Shown here: in pieces, positions 62,494-64,000 of the stretch | Layout of the letters: each line of letters starts with the position of its first letter | Position numbering within the stretch: position 1 is the stretch's first letter | Source of the DNA: Gammaproteobacteria bacterium | GTDB taxonomy: Bacteria; Pseudomonadota; Gammaproteobacteria; UBA4575 | Assembly: GCA_026706595.1 (NCBI GenBank) | Contig: JAPOYL010000011.1 | Location: 69,686 to 133,685, forward strand | Direction: 5' to 3' | DNA length: 64,000 nucleotides | The notes under the pieces: generated by a model | Databases searched by the model: none | What the model saw: only the letters and a program-made list of their open reading frames with translations | Told to the model about the DNA's origin: nothing | Program-made: the position numbers and the translations under genes

Positions 62494-63195
62494 ATGCACA
62501 TCCATTACCTGAAACATGTACCTTTCGAGGGCCTGGGAAGCATGGAGAATATTTTTGTCTCCGAGGGGTACCGTCTTTCGAATACGTGCCTGTATCTGGA
62601 ACAGCCGTTACCACCCGCTCGCAGTATTGATGCCTTGGTCATCATGGGTGGGCCCATGGGTGTGCACGACACAGCCCGTCATCCATGGCTGGTGCGGGAA
62701 AAGGAATTTATTGAGTCTGCAATACGCCGCCAGATTCCCGTGCTGGGTGTGTGCCTGGGTGCACAACTGCTTGCCGAGGTGCTCGGTGCCCGCGTGAATA
62801 AAAATGTCCACGAGGAAATCGGCTGGTTTCCGGTGCAGCGCACACAGGAGCCTCACGGTACCTGTGCACAAGACTTCCCGGCGAGCTTTGAGGCCCTGCA
62901 CTGGCACGGGGACACGTTTTCGATACCCTCAGGTGCGACCAATTTTATCGCAAGTGAGGGCTGTGCAAACCAGGCCTTCGTCTACGGAGACCATGTGCTG
63001 GCCCTGCAGTTCCACCTCGAGATGCTGCCCAGCAACGTGCAGGCCATCTACCAGGCATGCGGTGATCCCAACCAGACTGGCCCCTTCATCCAGGGGCTGG
63101 ATGAAATGCTGGCGCCGGCTGAAAAATTTTGTCAGGCTCACAGGATCCTGAAGGAATTTATAAGGGCCTTTATTTCTCGGAAAACGGCCATATAA
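62494..63195 (+). CDS. class I glutamine amidotransferase-like protein
   Basis: GATase1 catalytic Cys in VLGVCLGAQLL, plus a His/Glu region. Confidence 0.65.
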   Translation: MHIHYLKHVPFEGLGSMENIFVSEGYRLSNTCLYLEQPLPPARSIDALVIMGGPMGVHDTARHPWLVREKEFIESAIRRQIPVLGVCLGAQLLAEVLGARVNKNVHEEIGWFPVQRTQEPHGTCAQDFPASFEALHWHGDTFSIPSGATNFIASEGCANQAFVYGDHVLALQFHLEMLPSNVQAIYQACGDPNQTGPFIQGLDEMLAPAEKFCQAHRILKEFIRAFISRKTAI

Positions 63196-63229
63196 ACTAG
63201 TTAATGCACCTGATTTACAGGAGAAGACG

Positions 63230-63436
63230 ATGGAAGACAACAGCAGAAAAGACATTCGTGCGCTGCTCAAGACCTTTGGCGTGCGGGCAGACGAGGCGAT
63301 CGTAGGGCACCTGGCTAGGAATCCAGGAGTCAGCAGGCTCAGGCTGAAAGTGTGTCTTCATGACCTGACTGAATATGGTGATCACTCACCGGACGGGTCT
63401 TTATCACTGGAAGTGGAAAGCGACATCAACCGGTAA
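63230..63436 (+). CDS. small hypothetical protein (68 aa) upstream of htpG
   Basis: RBS CAGGAGAAG. A 30-bp gap to htpG suggests co-transcription. Confidence 0.35.
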   Translation: MEDNSRKDIRALLKTFGVRADEAIVGHLARNPGVSRLRLKVCLHDLTEYGDHSPDGSLSLEVESDINR

Positions 63437-63466
63437 ATTCTTACAACTGATTTCTGAAGAGACAAA

Positions 63467-64000
63467 ATGAGTACGGAAACGAAAAAAGAGACTTTGCAGT
63501 TCGAGACTGAAGTCACGCAGCTTTTGCATCTGATGATCCATTCTCTTTATTCGAACAAGGAGATATTTCTGCGTGAGCTGATTTCCAATGCCTCGGATGC
63601 CTGTGACAGGCTGCGCTTTGAGGCCATCTCCAATGATGCCTTGCTGAACAAGGATACGGATCTCAAGATACAGGTCGAGTTTGACAAGGATGCCCGTACC
63701 GTCACGGTTCGTGACAACGGTGTTGGCATGAGCCGTGAGGAAGTGGTCGGCAATATCGGCACCATTGCCCGCTCGGGAACCCGGGAGTTCCTCGACCAGC
63801 TCACCGGGGACCAGAGCAAGGACTCGCACCTCATCGGCCAGTTCGGAGTTGGTTTTTATTCCGCATTCATTGTTGCCGAGAAAGTTACCCTGACCACCCT
63901 GAAGGCGGGCCTGGAGGAAGACCATGCGGTTCGCTGGGAATCCCAGGGCACGGGCTCGTATACACTGGAGGATGTGAAGAAGGCCAGGCGTGGCACTGAA
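63467..64000 (+). CDS. htpG: chaperone HtpG (Hsp90), N-terminal part (3' truncated by window edge)
   Basis: Bergerat ATPase motifs ([28 protein letters not shown]). Confidence 0.95.
   Translation, partial: MSTETKKETLQFETEVTQLLHLMIHSLYSNKEIFLRELISNASDACDRLRFEAISNDALLNKDTDLKIQVEFDKDARTVTVRDNGVGMSREEVVGNIGTIARSGTREFLDQLTGDQSKDSHLIGQFGVGFYSAFIVAEKVTLTTLKAGLEEDHAVRWESQGTGSYTLEDVKKARRGTE

Overview
High-GC (~60-65%) gammaproteobacterial chromosome segment. From 1 to 30.3 kb it is core backbone: the 3' half of the dcw cell-division cluster (murF'-mraY-murD-ftsW-murG-murC-murB-ddl-ftsQ-ftsA-ftsZ-lpxC), then a DciA-like DUF721 gene, an M23 peptidase, secA, argJ, a NUDIX-ThiE fusion, zapD, coaE, sucCD, nadE, bamD, rluD, pgeF and clpB with a textbook sigma32 promoter. 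Between clpB and proS (about 30.3-41.2 kb) lies a lower-GC accessory region with two parts. The first is an AlkB-family membrane di-iron hydroxylase, three tandem GST-fold paralogs, two small hydrophobic peptides (one absent from the ORF track), an acidic hypothetical and a FadL/TodX-type outer-membrane channel. No regulator or rubredoxin gene is present. The second is a bufferin/HvfA-like RiPP operon: a Tat-signal 12-Cys precursor built from a tandem repeat, a DUF692 MbnB-like gene and a DUF2063 MbnC-like gene, preceded by a perfect 16-bp palindromic operator. The remaining backbone (41-64 kb) is proS, a LysR regulator, an AI-2E transporter, dapA-bamC, dxs-ispA-xseB, zur-znuCB with a Zur box, a higBA toxin-antitoxin pair, an orphan fdhD, radA, corC, ypjD, ffh, rpsP-rimM-trmD-rplS, ogt, a GATase and the start of htpG. 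Many long minus-strand ORFs in the track are antisense artefacts of high GC. Several track ORFs are 5'-extended, and corrected starts are given below.
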